A stretch of DNA of 64,000 nucleotides from Candidatus Omnitrophota bacterium (GTDB taxonomy: Bacteria; Omnitrophota; Gorgyraeia; 1-14-0-20-64-10). A program made the position numbers and the translations under genes. The notes beneath the pieces were generated by a model, which did not search any database, was not told the origin of the DNA, and saw only the letters and a list, made by a program, of their open reading frames with translations. Below are positions 21,817 to 31,244 of the stretch, piece after piece. Numbering within the stretch: position 1 is the first letter of the stretch; the number at the start of each line of letters is the position of its first letter. The stretch is taken from assembly GCA_023248155.1 (NCBI GenBank), contig JAHFFE010000002.1, positions 256,864 to 320,863 on the forward strand, given 5' to 3'.

Positions 21817-22379
21817 AGTCAACCTTCAGGGAATATGCCGAATCGCTGATAATCGCGCTTTTGCTGGCGCTGTTCGTGCGGACGTTTATCGTGCAGGCGT
21901 TTGTAATCCCCAGCGGGTCGATGCGCATGACGCTGGTGGAAGGCGACCGGATTCTCGTCGATAAAGTGACGTACGGCATCCGGATTCCGTTCACCGATAT
22001 TCAGCTGCCTGAAATCCGCCCGCCTCAGCGCGGTGATATCGTGGTGTTCCGCTCTCCGGAAGATCCGGGCCGCGATTTCATTAAGCGGCTGGTCGCCGTC
22101 GGGGGAGATACCGTCGAGATCCGCGATCTTCGGGTCCTGATCAACGGCAAGCCGCTGATTAATCCGCCGGTTTTCACGCGGATCAATTACTACAACCGCG
22201 GCGATTACGGCGTGCCGAACCGGCCGATTCAGGTTCCGCGGGGGCATTATTTCTTTTTGGGGGATAACTCGTCCAGTTCGCGCGATTCCCGGTATTGGGG
22301 ATTTTTGCCGGAGTCCAATATTATTGGGCGGGCATTCGTCATTTATTGGCCGGTGAAACGGATTCGTTTATTAAAATAA
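21813..22379 (+). CDS. lepB: Signal peptidase I
   Basis: IPSGSM, FIKRL, GDN...SRDSRYWG; start ATG 21813. Confidence 0.96.
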   Translation: MKSTFREYAESLIIALLLALFVRTFIVQAFVIPSGSMRMTLVEGDRILVDKVTYGIRIPFTDIQLPEIRPPQRGDIVVFRSPEDPGRDFIKRLVAVGGDTVEIRDLRVLINGKPLINPPVFTRINYYNRGDYGVPNRPIQVPRGHYFFLGDNSSSSRDSRYWGFLPESNIIGRAFVIYWPVKRIRLLK

Positions 22380-22395
22380 CAAGTATAATGAACTC

Positions 22396-22947
22396 ATGAG
22401 CCTGGCCAATAAACTTTCATTATTTCGCATTTTGCTGGTTCCCGCGTTTGGGGCCTGCCTGTTGTATTACCGGCCGGGTGAAAGTGAATGGCTGCGCTAT
22501 TTAGCCGCCGCTCTTTTTGTGATCGGCATCCTGACCGACGCCATCGACGGGTATGTGGCCCGCGCCGAGAAACAGGCCACCCGGCTGGGTGCCATTCTGG
22601 ATCCTGCCGCCGACAAACTTTTCCTGGTTACCGGCTACTTGTCTCTGGCGGTTATCCCGACGCTGCCGCCGTCAATGCGCATGCCGGCTTGGGCGCCGAT
22701 TGTGGTCATCAGCCGTGATCTGGTGATTGTCTGCGGATGGCTGATCATTCTTCTGGTTACCGGAAAATTGCAGACACCCCAGCCGTCGAAGCTGGGTAAA
22801 TTGACCACTGCGTTACAGATGACCGCGATCGTATTCAGTTTATTGCTCTGGCCGTTTTCGAAGCAGGTGCTTTGGGCCGCCATGGTTCTCACGGTTGTTT
22901 CCGGAATCGGGTATCTTCGGCTCGGCAACCGGTTGCTGCATCCGTAA
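22396..22947 (+). CDS. pgsA: CDP-alcohol phosphatidyltransferase (PgsA-like)
   Basis: TDAIDGYVAR...G..LDPAADK signature; several TM segments. Confidence 0.85.
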   Translation: MSLANKLSLFRILLVPAFGACLLYYRPGESEWLRYLAAALFVIGILTDAIDGYVARAEKQATRLGAILDPAADKLFLVTGYLSLAVIPTLPPSMRMPAWAPIVVISRDLVIVCGWLIILLVTGKLQTPQPSKLGKLTTALQMTAIVFSLLLWPFSKQVLWAAMVLTVVSGIGYLRLGNRLLHP

Positions 22948-24309
22948 ATGCCCGCCGCCGACAAGCCACCTCCGCTGTTGGCGATCGTCGGACAGCCCAA
23001 CGTCGGAAAATCTTCGTTATTTAACCGTCTGATTCATCGCCATCAATCCCTCGTTGATTCCATGCCCGGACTTACGCGCGACCGGCTTTACGGACAGATC
23101 CGCTGGGAGGGTGTTTTTTTCCGCGTTGTCGATACCGGCGGTCTGCAATTTGCGAAAGAGGATTCCATGCAGCAGGCCATCGCCAAACAGGCGCAGCATG
23201 CGATGGCGGAAGCCGATCTGGTGCTGTTCGTCTGCGACGGGCGGCAGGGAGTCACTCCGCTTGACCGGCAAGTCGCCGGCTGGCTTCGCCGCGGCAAGAA
23301 ACCGGTTTTCCTCGTCATCAACAAAATGGATGAGAACCGCGATTTGGAGGACATCAATGAATTTTCCGAATTAGGGTGGGGCACCCCCTGGCCGATTTCG
23401 GCGCAGCATGGGCTGGGTATCGGCGATTTGCTGGCAGAGATCCTCGCCTATTTTAAAAAAGCCGGTATTTCAATGCCGAAAGATCCGATGACGGAGAAAG
23501 AGAAGCCGCTGCCCGGTGTTCCTGACCCGCTTCGCCTCGCGTTTATCGGCCGGCCCAACGTCGGGAAGTCCTCGCTGATGAACCGGATTCTCGACGAAGA
23601 ACGCGTGCTGGTCGACGACCAGCCGGGCACGACGCGCGATCCGGTGGAAGTGATGTTCCGGTTCCGGCAGAAAAACTATTGTTTGATCGATACGGCCGGC
23701 ATCCGTTCGCAAAAAACATTGAAAAGCAAAGTGGACGCCGTGTCGCGCATCAAAGCGCTGCAAACCGTCGAGCGGGCGCATGTCTGCGTCGGTGTCGTCG
23801 ACGCATCAGCCGGGTTGATCGCCGATGATTTGAAACTGTTTGATTTTGTGGCCACGGCCGGCCGGCCGCTTTGTCTGGTGGTCAATAAATGGGATCTGCT
23901 TCCGCGCACGGCGTTGCTCAACTCCGTTTCTAAAAAGATTGCCGAGCGCGCCCCGTTTTTGCGGTATGCGGCGGTGGTTGCCGCCTCCGCGCTGACAGGG
24001 TTTCGCGTCTCCAAAGTGTTGGATGAAGTTCAGACCGTGGCCGAATCGGCCTGGCGTACGCTGACCGTTTCGGAATGCGCTCGGATTCTCGAGAATATTG
24101 CCGGCGACAGTCACGCGCCGGCCGGCGTGCGCCACGCGCATTGGATTCGTCTCTATCAAGTTTCCGTCGGGCCGCCCACATTTCATGTGCTGGTACGCTC
24201 GAAACATGCGATGAAACCGGCCGAAACGGCTTATTTTGAATCGGTATTAACCCGCGAGGCCGGTTTTTACGGAACACCGGTCCGCGTACGTTACTTGGTG
24301 AAAAAATGA
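22948..24309 (+). CDS. der: Ribosome biogenesis GTPase Der (EngA)
   Basis: Two G-domains: GQPNVGKS/DTGG/NKMD and GRPNVGKS/DTAG/NKWD. Confidence 0.95.
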   Translation: MPAADKPPPLLAIVGQPNVGKSSLFNRLIHRHQSLVDSMPGLTRDRLYGQIRWEGVFFRVVDTGGLQFAKEDSMQQAIAKQAQHAMAEADLVLFVCDGRQGVTPLDRQVAGWLRRGKKPVFLVINKMDENRDLEDINEFSELGWGTPWPISAQHGLGIGDLLAEILAYFKKAGISMPKDPMTEKEKPLPGVPDPLRLAFIGRPNVGKSSLMNRILDEERVLVDDQPGTTRDPVEVMFRFRQKNYCLIDTAGIRSQKTLKSKVDAVSRIKALQTVERAHVCVGVVDASAGLIADDLKLFDFVATAGRPLCLVVNKWDLLPRTALLNSVSKKIAERAPFLRYAAVVAASALTGFRVSKVLDEVQTVAESAWRTLTVSECARILENIAGDSHAPAGVRHAHWIRLYQVSVGPPTFHVLVRSKHAMKPAETAYFESVLTREAGFYGTPVRVRYLVKK

Positions 24310-24944
24310 TTGGACTAAGTTTTCTCTGTGTCGCTTATTTGATGGGAGCGATCCCGACCGGTCTGATCGCCGGAAAACTGAAGGGAATTGATGTCCGCAA
24401 GCAGGGCAGCGGCAATGTCGGCGCTACGAATGTATACCGCGTCGCGGGTAAACTGCCGGGCGCTCTGGTGCTGATCGTCGACATCGCCAAGGGATTTTTG
24501 CCGGTGACGCTGTTCATGAAATGGGCGATCGCGATGGGGATCGGCGGCGTTTCCCCGGATCTGTTCCGCATTCTGCTTGGCTGCGCGTCGGTGGCCGGGC
24601 ATATCTGGAATCCGTTCCTGCAGTTTAACGGCGGCAAAGGTGTGGCCACGGGCGCCGGTGTTTTATTCGGTCTCGATTTCCGCGTCGGCCTGGCCGCCGC
24701 CTTGATTTGGGCATTGGTCATGTTTTTAACGCGGTTCGTATCGGTTTCATCGATCGCGTCCGCTTTTTTCGCGCCGTTCGTCATGGCGCTGCTCGGTTTG
24801 CCAACCGTATGGGTTTTGGGCGGAATTTTTGTCGGCTTGGCGATTATTTACCGGCACAGGCCCAACATTCTGCGCCTGCTGCAGGGGCAGGAGCACCGGT
24901 TTGGCAAGCCGAAAGAGAAACCGCCGGTGTACCGTTCAAATTGA
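24306..24944 (+). CDS. plsY: Glycerol-3-phosphate acyltransferase PlsY
   Basis: GSGNVGATNV.R, GGKGVAT, HRPNI.RL..G.E. Confidence 0.96.
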   Translation: MIGLSFLCVAYLMGAIPTGLIAGKLKGIDVRKQGSGNVGATNVYRVAGKLPGALVLIVDIAKGFLPVTLFMKWAIAMGIGGVSPDLFRILLGCASVAGHIWNPFLQFNGGKGVATGAGVLFGLDFRVGLAAALIWALVMFLTRFVSVSSIASAFFAPFVMALLGLPTVWVLGGIFVGLAIIYRHRPNILRLLQGQEHRFGKPKEKPPVYRSN

Positions 24945-24970
24945 CCCCGTTATTCGCCCCGTGTTAGAAT
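24941..24970 (+). promoter_or_regulatory. Putative sigma70 promoter for gpsA-tRNA-hom
   Basis: TTGACC, 18-nt spacer, extended -10 TGtTAGAAT. Confidence 0.5.
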
Positions 24971-25007
24971 AAGAGATTACTCTTAACATCTTTAACAAGA
25001 AGAACTT

Positions 25008-26000
25008 ATGTCTAAAATTACAGTGATTGGCGATGGGGGATGGGGAACCTGCCTGGCGGTGCATTTGGCCAACCGCGGGCATGAAGTGGTTCTTTGGGGT
25101 GCTTTTCCGCAGTATATCGCCGAGATGCAGCGCAAGCGTGAAAATCCGAAATTTTTGCCCGGGGTTCCGTTTCCCAACTCGCTTGTTTTGACCGGACGGA
25201 TCGATCAGGCGTTTGACAAGACCGAAGTAATCTTAATCGCCGTTCCGTCGCAGTATCTCAAACGCGTTTTTCAGCAGCATGTTCAGTCGGCTCCCTGGAG
25301 TCGTGTTTTGGCGATCAGCGTAGTCAAGGGGATCGACGCCGACACGCTTCAGCGGATGTCACAAGTGATCCATTCGCTGGCGCCCGTTAAGGATTTGGTC
25401 GTTCTTTCCGGTCCGTCGATCTCATATGAAGTGGCGCGCGGCGTACCGACCACCGTTGTGGCTGCCGCTGAAGACGAAGCAATCGCCCGCAAAGCACAGG
25501 CGTTATTTGCGACCGAGCGGTTTCGCGTCTACACCTCAACCGATGTGACCGGAGTCGAGCTGGGTGGATCGCTGAAGAACGTGATTGCCATCGCCTGCGG
25601 CGCGGCGGACGGGCTTGGTTTTGGAACCAACACGAAAGCGGCGCTGACCACGCGCGGTTTAGCTGAAATTTCACGGCTAGGCATGGCGATGGGCGCCAAG
25701 GTTGAAACTTTTTATGGTTTAAGCGGTTTGGGTGATCTGGTCACCACCTGTTTTTCGGCGCACAGCCGCAACCGGCAGGTCGGCGAGAAACTGGGCAAGG
25801 GCGCGACGGTGGTTGAGATTACCGCCGGCATGGAACAGGTCGCCGAGGGTATGCCGACCGCCAAATCGGCCCATGCGCTTTCCAAGAAATACAGCGTCGA
25901 GACACCGATTATGACCGAGGTCTACCGCGTTTTGTACGAGGGGAAATCGCCCAACGACGCGGTGCGCGACCTGATGTTGCGCGAACCAAAAGCGGAATAA
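25008..26000 (+). CDS. gpsA: NAD(P)H-dependent glycerol-3-phosphate dehydrogenase
   Basis: GDGGWGT, LSGPS, LKNVIAIA, GLGDLV.TC.S..SRN. Confidence 0.97.
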   Translation: MSKITVIGDGGWGTCLAVHLANRGHEVVLWGAFPQYIAEMQRKRENPKFLPGVPFPNSLVLTGRIDQAFDKTEVILIAVPSQYLKRVFQQHVQSAPWSRVLAISVVKGIDADTLQRMSQVIHSLAPVKDLVVLSGPSISYEVARGVPTTVVAAAEDEAIARKAQALFATERFRVYTSTDVTGVELGGSLKNVIAIACGAADGLGFGTNTKAALTTRGLAEISRLGMAMGAKVETFYGLSGLGDLVTTCFSAHSRNRQVGEKLGKGATVVEITAGMEQVAEGMPTAKSAHALSKKYSVETPIMTEVYRVLYEGKSPNDAVRDLMLREPKAE

Positions 26001-26012
26001 ATTCTTTTATGT

Positions 26013-26089
26013 CGGGGCGTAGCGTAGTTTGGTAGCGCGCTTGCATGGGGTGCAAGAGGTCCCCAGTTCAAATCTGGGCGCCCCGACCA
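26013..26089 (+). tRNA. tRNA-Pro (GGG)
   Basis: 77 nt CGGGGCG...CGCCCCG-ACCA; anticodon stem CTTGC/GCAAG with loop ATGGGGT; T-loop TTCAAAT; CCA encoded. Confidence 0.97.
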
Positions 26090-26107
26090 TTTTTTAGAGG
26101 TGAAGTG

Positions 26108-27415
26108 ATGGCAAACAATGAAAAAATCAATGTAGGGTTGTTCGGGCTGGGCACCGTCGGATCGGGCGTGGCGCATATGCTGTTGTCGCGCCGCGAATTC
26201 CTGGAACGGCGCACCGGCATTCCGTTCGCGCTGAAGAAAGTCTGCGTGCGCCGGCTGAAAAAACCGCGCCTGGTTCGGATCGACCCGAAACTGCTGACGA
26301 CGCGCGCCGACGAAATTTTAAACGATCCCGACATCGACATTGTCGTTGAGGTGATGGGCGGAATTCATCCGGCCAAGGAGATCGTGCTGCAGGCGATTGC
26401 GGCCGGTAAACCGGTCATTACCGCCAATAAAGCGCTGCTGGCGCACCACGGCGATGAAATTTTCACGGCGGCCGCGAATAAAGGCGTCGATGTCTATTTC
26501 GAATCGAGCGTCGCCGGCGGAATCCCGATCATCAAAAGTTTGCGCGAAGGCCTGGTCGGCAATGACATCGAGGCGCTCTACGGAATTCTCAACGGCACCA
26601 CGAACTTTATCCTGACCGAGATGTCGCGCGGCGAAGGCCGTTCGTTTGAATCGGCGCTGAAAGAAGCGCAGGAACGCGGCTACGCCGAAGAGAATCCATC
26701 GCTCGACCTCAAGGGCATCGATACGGCCCATAAAATTTCGGTGCTGGCACTGCTGGCGTTTGGAAAAATGGTCCGGCCCGACCAGATTTACGTCGAAGGC
26801 ATTCAGCAGATCACCGCCAATGATGTGCGGTACGCGCATGATTTCGGTTACACGATCAAATTGTTGGGCATCGCCAAGCGCGAAGGCGAGCAGCTGGAAA
26901 TCCGCGTCCATCCGACGCTGCTGCCGAATAACCATTTGCTGTCCAGCGTTAACGGCGTTTACAACGGCGTTTTCGTCAAGGGCGATTTAGTCGGCGAGCA
27001 GCTGCTTTACGGCCAGGGCGCCGGCCGTTTCGCGACGACCAGCGCCGTTATTTCAGATCTGGTGGACCTGGGGCGCAATTTAATCCGGCAGACGCCGCAG
27101 CGGATTCCGCTGCCGCTGCCGTCCAAGCGGATCCGCCGCGTGCGCAAGATCGGCGAGATGGAAGGCCGCTACTATTTCCGTTTTTCGTGCATCGACCGTC
27201 CCGGCGTTCTGGCGACGATCGCGCGCATTCTGGGCAGTCACCGCATCTCCATCGCCAGCGTGGTCCAGAAAGACCGCCGCCGCGAGCATATCGTTCCGGT
27301 CGTCATGATGACGCACGACGCGAAAGAAAAAGATGTGCAGGCCGCGTTGGCTGAAATCAACGCGCTTCAGGCAGTCCGCCGCAAGTCGGTTTCAATCCGG
27401 ATCGATCGCGCCTAA
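26108..27415 (+). CDS. hom: Homoserine dehydrogenase with C-terminal ACT domain
   Basis: GLGTVGSG, TANKAL, GILNGTTNFIL, DRPGVLA; start moved to ATG 26108 because the ORF-track start lies inside the tRNA. Confidence 0.97.
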   Translation: MANNEKINVGLFGLGTVGSGVAHMLLSRREFLERRTGIPFALKKVCVRRLKKPRLVRIDPKLLTTRADEILNDPDIDIVVEVMGGIHPAKEIVLQAIAAGKPVITANKALLAHHGDEIFTAAANKGVDVYFESSVAGGIPIIKSLREGLVGNDIEALYGILNGTTNFILTEMSRGEGRSFESALKEAQERGYAEENPSLDLKGIDTAHKISVLALLAFGKMVRPDQIYVEGIQQITANDVRYAHDFGYTIKLLGIAKREGEQLEIRVHPTLLPNNHLLSSVNGVYNGVFVKGDLVGEQLLYGQGAGRFATTSAVISDLVDLGRNLIRQTPQRIPLPLPSKRIRRVRKIGEMEGRYYFRFSCIDRPGVLATIARILGSHRISIASVVQKDRRREHIVPVVMMTHDAKEKDVQAALAEINALQAVRRKSVSIRIDRA

Positions 27416-28477
27416 GTGAACAATAAAGCCTGGCCCGGATTGATCGAGGCCTACCGCCGCTTTCTGCCGGTTTCTTCCAAAACGCCCGTCGTATCGCTGA
27501 TGGAAGGCAACACGCCGCTGATTCCGGCGCGCGCGCTGGAAAAAGAGATCGGCAACGGTTGCCGCGTTTATCTCAAATACGAAGGGTTGAACCCGACCGG
27601 TTCGTTCAAAGACCGCGGCATGACAATGGCCGTTTCCAAAGCGAAGGAAGACGGCCGCAAGGCGATCATCTGCGCCTCGACGGGAAACACCTCAGCGTCG
27701 GCGGCTGCTTATGCCGCGCGCGCCGGACTGCGCTGCGTGGTGGTTATCCCGGAAGGGGCGATCGCGCTGGGCAAATTGGCGCAGGCGCTTATTCACGGCG
27801 CGCAGGTGATCGCCGTGCGCGGATCGTTCGATGTCGCGCTGTCGCTGGTGCGGAAGATCGCGCGCGAGCGGCCGATCGCGCTGGTCAACTCGGTCAACCC
27901 GTACCGCATTGAAGGGCAGAAAACCGCGGCGTTTGAAATCTGCGATCAGCTCGGCCGCGCGCCCGATTATCAGGCGATTCCCGTCGGGAACGCCGGCAAC
28001 ATCACCGCTTATTGGAAGGGCTATCGCGAATATCGCGCCGGTAAAAAAATCAGCCGGCTGCCGCGTATGCTCGGGTTCCAGGCCGCGGGCGCTGCTCCGC
28101 TGGTGAAGAACAAACCGGTCGAAAAACCGGAAACAATTGCCACTGCGATCCGGATCGGCAACCCGGCCAGCTGGGCCGGGGCGATCGCCGCGCGCGACGA
28201 GTCGGACGGCCTCATTGGTGCCGTGACCGACAAAGAAATCCTCAACGCGTATCAGTTCCTTGCCGAGAAGGAAGGTGTTTTCGCCGAACCGGCTTCGGCC
28301 GCGTCGGTGGCCGGTGTTTTAAAACTGGCCCGCAAGCGGTACTTCCGCCGCGGTTCCACGATTGTCTGCATTCTGACCGGGCACGGGCTTAAAGATCCCG
28401 AACGGGCGGTAAAAACCGTTCGCGCGCCCGTCGTGCTTCCTCCCGATTTGCGCGCCATTCTGCGCGTGATAAAATAA
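27416..28477 (+). CDS. thrC: Threonine synthase
   Basis: [36 protein letters not shown]. Confidence 0.97.
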   Translation: MNNKAWPGLIEAYRRFLPVSSKTPVVSLMEGNTPLIPARALEKEIGNGCRVYLKYEGLNPTGSFKDRGMTMAVSKAKEDGRKAIICASTGNTSASAAAYAARAGLRCVVVIPEGAIALGKLAQALIHGAQVIAVRGSFDVALSLVRKIARERPIALVNSVNPYRIEGQKTAAFEICDQLGRAPDYQAIPVGNAGNITAYWKGYREYRAGKKISRLPRMLGFQAAGAAPLVKNKPVEKPETIATAIRIGNPASWAGAIAARDESDGLIGAVTDKEILNAYQFLAEKEGVFAEPASAASVAGVLKLARKRYFRRGSTIVCILTGHGLKDPERAVKTVRAPVVLPPDLRAILRVIK

Positions 28478-28490
28478 CAAGATTATTCCG

Positions 28491-29702
28491 ATGAAAACGA
28501 TACTTTTAATTTGTGACGGCATGGCCGATGATCCGGTGGAGCAGCTGGGTGGAAAAACTCCGCTGGAAACTGCAAAAACTCCGCAGATGGACCGGCTTGC
28601 CCGCGAAGGCCGGCTGGGACTGGCCCGCACGATCCCGCAAGGCATGACCGCTTCGCGTGAAGTGGCCGCGATGGGGTTGATGGGGTACGATCCAAAAAAA
28701 TATTATCCGGGCCGCGGGCCGCTGGAAGCCGCTTATTGGGGCGTTCCGGTTCAGGCCGGCGATCTTATTTTTCGCTGTAATCTGGTCACCACCGACGGAG
28801 AACTGCTGATTGACGATCTGGCCGGGCGCATCAGTTCGGAAGAATCGAATCCGCTCATGGAATTGATCCGAAAAGAACTTACTTCCGGCGGCGTTCAGTT
28901 TTTTACGGGCCGGCAATATCGCCACGCGGCCATTTTTCGCGCGCCTGAAGACACGGCGGCGTTGCTCAAGACCGTCTGCCGGCCGGCTTATGAAATGGGC
29001 GGCCAGCCGCTTGAGAAAAATTGGCCCAAAGGCCCCGGCGCGCAGCGGCTGAAAGATCTGATGCTGCGCTCGCGCGATTTGCTGGCTGCCAATGAAGTGA
29101 ACCAGGTTCGCGTCGATCTGAAAGAAAATCCGGCCAACATGATCTGGCTATGGGGGCAGGGCGTTCCGCATGAAATTCCGTCGATGAAAGAACGCTGGAA
29201 TGTCAAAGGCGCCGTGATCTCCGGTTCCGACAGCATCAAGGGCGCCGGACGCGCGGCCGGTTTGCATGTGGAAGAACTTCCGCTGTCGTCGGGAAATCTG
29301 GAGAGCGACCATTTGCAGCGCGCCGAAGCGGCGATCCGCGCCTTGGCCGGAAACGATCTTGTTTTTGTGCATGCCGAAGCGGCGCATGCCGGTATTTATC
29401 CCGACGATCTGCGACAGAAAATTTCGGCGATTGAACTGTTTGACCGCATTGTCGTCGGACCGGTCGTTGAAAAAGCGCGGGCATTGGGTCCGGTGCGCGT
29501 GATGGTCGGGACCGATCATCCGGTGTTAATTGAAAAGCGGGTCTGCACCGACCAGCCGGTTCCTTTGGTGGTCTGGGGCGATGGAATTCCGTCCGGGTCG
29601 GCCGAGCAATTTACCGAACCGCAGGCGAAGTCCGGCGGGTGGATGGTCGAAACCCCGCATGATTTAATGCCGCGCCTGCTGGCCGGCGAAACGATCGTCT
29701 AG
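28491..29702 (+). CDS. ApgM / cofactor-independent phosphoglycerate mutase family protein (proposed-homoserine-kinase type), active site degenerate
   Basis: DGMAD.P...GGKTPLE.A.TP.MD, MGYDP...GRGPLEAA, FRCNLVT, ANMIWLWGQG. Confidence 0.85.
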   Translation: MKTILLICDGMADDPVEQLGGKTPLETAKTPQMDRLAREGRLGLARTIPQGMTASREVAAMGLMGYDPKKYYPGRGPLEAAYWGVPVQAGDLIFRCNLVTTDGELLIDDLAGRISSEESNPLMELIRKELTSGGVQFFTGRQYRHAAIFRAPEDTAALLKTVCRPAYEMGGQPLEKNWPKGPGAQRLKDLMLRSRDLLAANEVNQVRVDLKENPANMIWLWGQGVPHEIPSMKERWNVKGAVISGSDSIKGAGRAAGLHVEELPLSSGNLESDHLQRAEAAIRALAGNDLVFVHAEAAHAGIYPDDLRQKISAIELFDRIVVGPVVEKARALGPVRVMVGTDHPVLIEKRVCTDQPVPLVVWGDGIPSGSAEQFTEPQAKSGGWMVETPHDLMPRLLAGETIV

Positions 29703-29979
29703 AACCGGTCTCCTAAATCCCCGTGGCCGCGCTTAAGCAGAATGACGAGCCAGACAAGGCGCGAGGAGGCCGGCGTAGTCAAAGCACTACGGCAACGACG
29801 AGTAACGAAGTATGGCGATGTTAGAATGTTAAGCCCGAAGGGTTTCGGCGGCAGGCCGCCGTCTCCTGCGGCGCTCTTCCTCGACGGATTACTGTGAATA
29901 CGCCGTCGTCATCGCTTCTTGGATACGGCAGGCCTGGCGCACGAAACGCGGTTCACGCGGATTTAGGAGACCGGTTCTA
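29700..29979. mobile_element. MITE-like 280-bp palindromic element with 21-bp perfect terminal inverted repeats beginning/ending in TA
   Basis: TAGAACCGGTCTCCTAAATCC (29700-29720) and its exact reverse complement (29959-29979); internal arms also match each other in inverted orientation. Confidence 0.75.
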
Positions 29980-29981
29980 AC

Positions 29982-31244
29982 ATGGCTCTGATTGTTCAGA
30001 AATACGGCGGTTCTTCGGTGGCCAACGCGGAACGGATCAAACGGGTGGCCCAGCGGATTTCCAAAACAAGGAAAGCCGGCCACTCGGTCGTCGTCGTTGT
30101 CTCGGCGATGGCCGATACCACCGACGATTTGCTGTCGCTCTCCGCGGAAGTATCGCGGCATCCGCCCGAGCGCGAAATGGATATGCTGCTGGCCACCGGC
30201 GAACAGGTTTCCTGCGCGCTGCTGGCAATGGCGATCGACCAATTGGGTGTAAAAGCGGTTTCATTTACCGGCGCGCAGGTCGGCATCATTACGAACCGCG
30301 CGCATACCAAGGCGCGCATTCAGGAAATCAGCGCGCAGAAAATCAAGCAGGCGATCTCGAAAGGGTTCGTCGTGATCGTGGCCGGTTTTCAGGGCATGAC
30401 TCCCGACGGAGAAATCACCACGCTCGGCCGAGGCGGTTCCGACTTGACGGCCGTCGCGCTGGCGTACGCGGTTAAAGCGAAAATCTGTGAAATTTATACC
30501 GATGTCGAAGGCGTCTACACGGCCGATCCGCGATTGGTGCCGACGGCGCGCAAATTAAAAACGATCAGTTACGACGAGATGCTCGAGCTGGCCAGCCTGG
30601 GAGCCCAGGTGATGCAGGCCCGTTCGATGGAAGTGGCGAAAAAATACGGTGTTCCGCTGCATATCCGGTCGAGTTTATCGAACCGGACCGGAACGATTAT
30701 TTCCAAGGAGGTTAGGGCGATGGAAGATGTGGTGGTCAGCGGCGTTTCGCTGCAAAAGGATGAAGCCAAAATCACGATTTGCGATGTTCCGGACCGTCCC
30801 GGCATTGCCGCCGCCATTTTTACCCGGATTTCCGACGCGCACATTAACGTCGATGTGATCGTGCAGAATGTCGGGCGCACCGGCCTCAACGACGTGTCAT
30901 TCACGGTGCCGCGCACCGAATTGTCGCGCGCGCTGCGCGTGGTCCGCCGCGTTGCCGCAGAACTGAAGGCCGGCCGCGTACTGCACGACGACAGCATCGC
31001 GAAACTATCGGTGGTGGGCGTTGGTATGCGCGCCCATTCCGGTATTGCCGCGCGAATGTTCCAGGCGCTGGCGAACGAATCGATCAACATCGACATGATC
31101 TCTACCAGCGAGATCAAGATCTCCTGCATCATCCGCAGGGATCAGGCGCAAAAGGCGATCCGGACCGTGCATGACGCGTTCGGGCTGGATAAATTAGGAA
31201 TCAAACCGGAAATGGTGAAAGTGAGTAAACCGAGGCGCTCCTAA
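29982..31244 (+). CDS. lysC: Aspartate kinase
   Basis: VQKYGGSSV, VVSAM..TTD, TTLGRGGSD, two ACT domains, ISTSEIKIS. Confidence 0.97.
   Translation: MALIVQKYGGSSVANAERIKRVAQRISKTRKAGHSVVVVVSAMADTTDDLLSLSAEVSRHPPEREMDMLLATGEQVSCALLAMAIDQLGVKAVSFTGAQVGIITNRAHTKARIQEISAQKIKQAISKGFVVIVAGFQGMTPDGEITTLGRGGSDLTAVALAYAVKAKICEIYTDVEGVYTADPRLVPTARKLKTISYDEMLELASLGAQVMQARSMEVAKKYGVPLHIRSSLSNRTGTIISKEVRAMEDVVVSGVSLQKDEAKITICDVPDRPGIAAAIFTRISDAHINVDVIVQNVGRTGLNDVSFTVPRTELSRALRVVRRVAAELKAGRVLHDDSIAKLSVVGVGMRAHSGIAARMFQALANESINIDMISTSEIKISCIIRRDQAQKAIRTVHDAFGLDKLGIKPEMVKVSKPRRS

Noticed and set aside
26045-26107. N-terminal extension of hom in the ORF track
   Set aside because: It overlaps tRNA-Pro; GAGGTG RBS supports the start near 26108.
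26013-26107. Prophage or island integrated at tRNA-Pro
   Set aside because: Core genes flank it on both sides; no integrase and no duplicated tRNA 3' end seen.
29703-29981. Lysine riboswitch upstream of lysC
   Set aside because: No recognisable L-box consensus or terminator; the whole gap is accounted for by a TIR-bounded inverted-dimer element.
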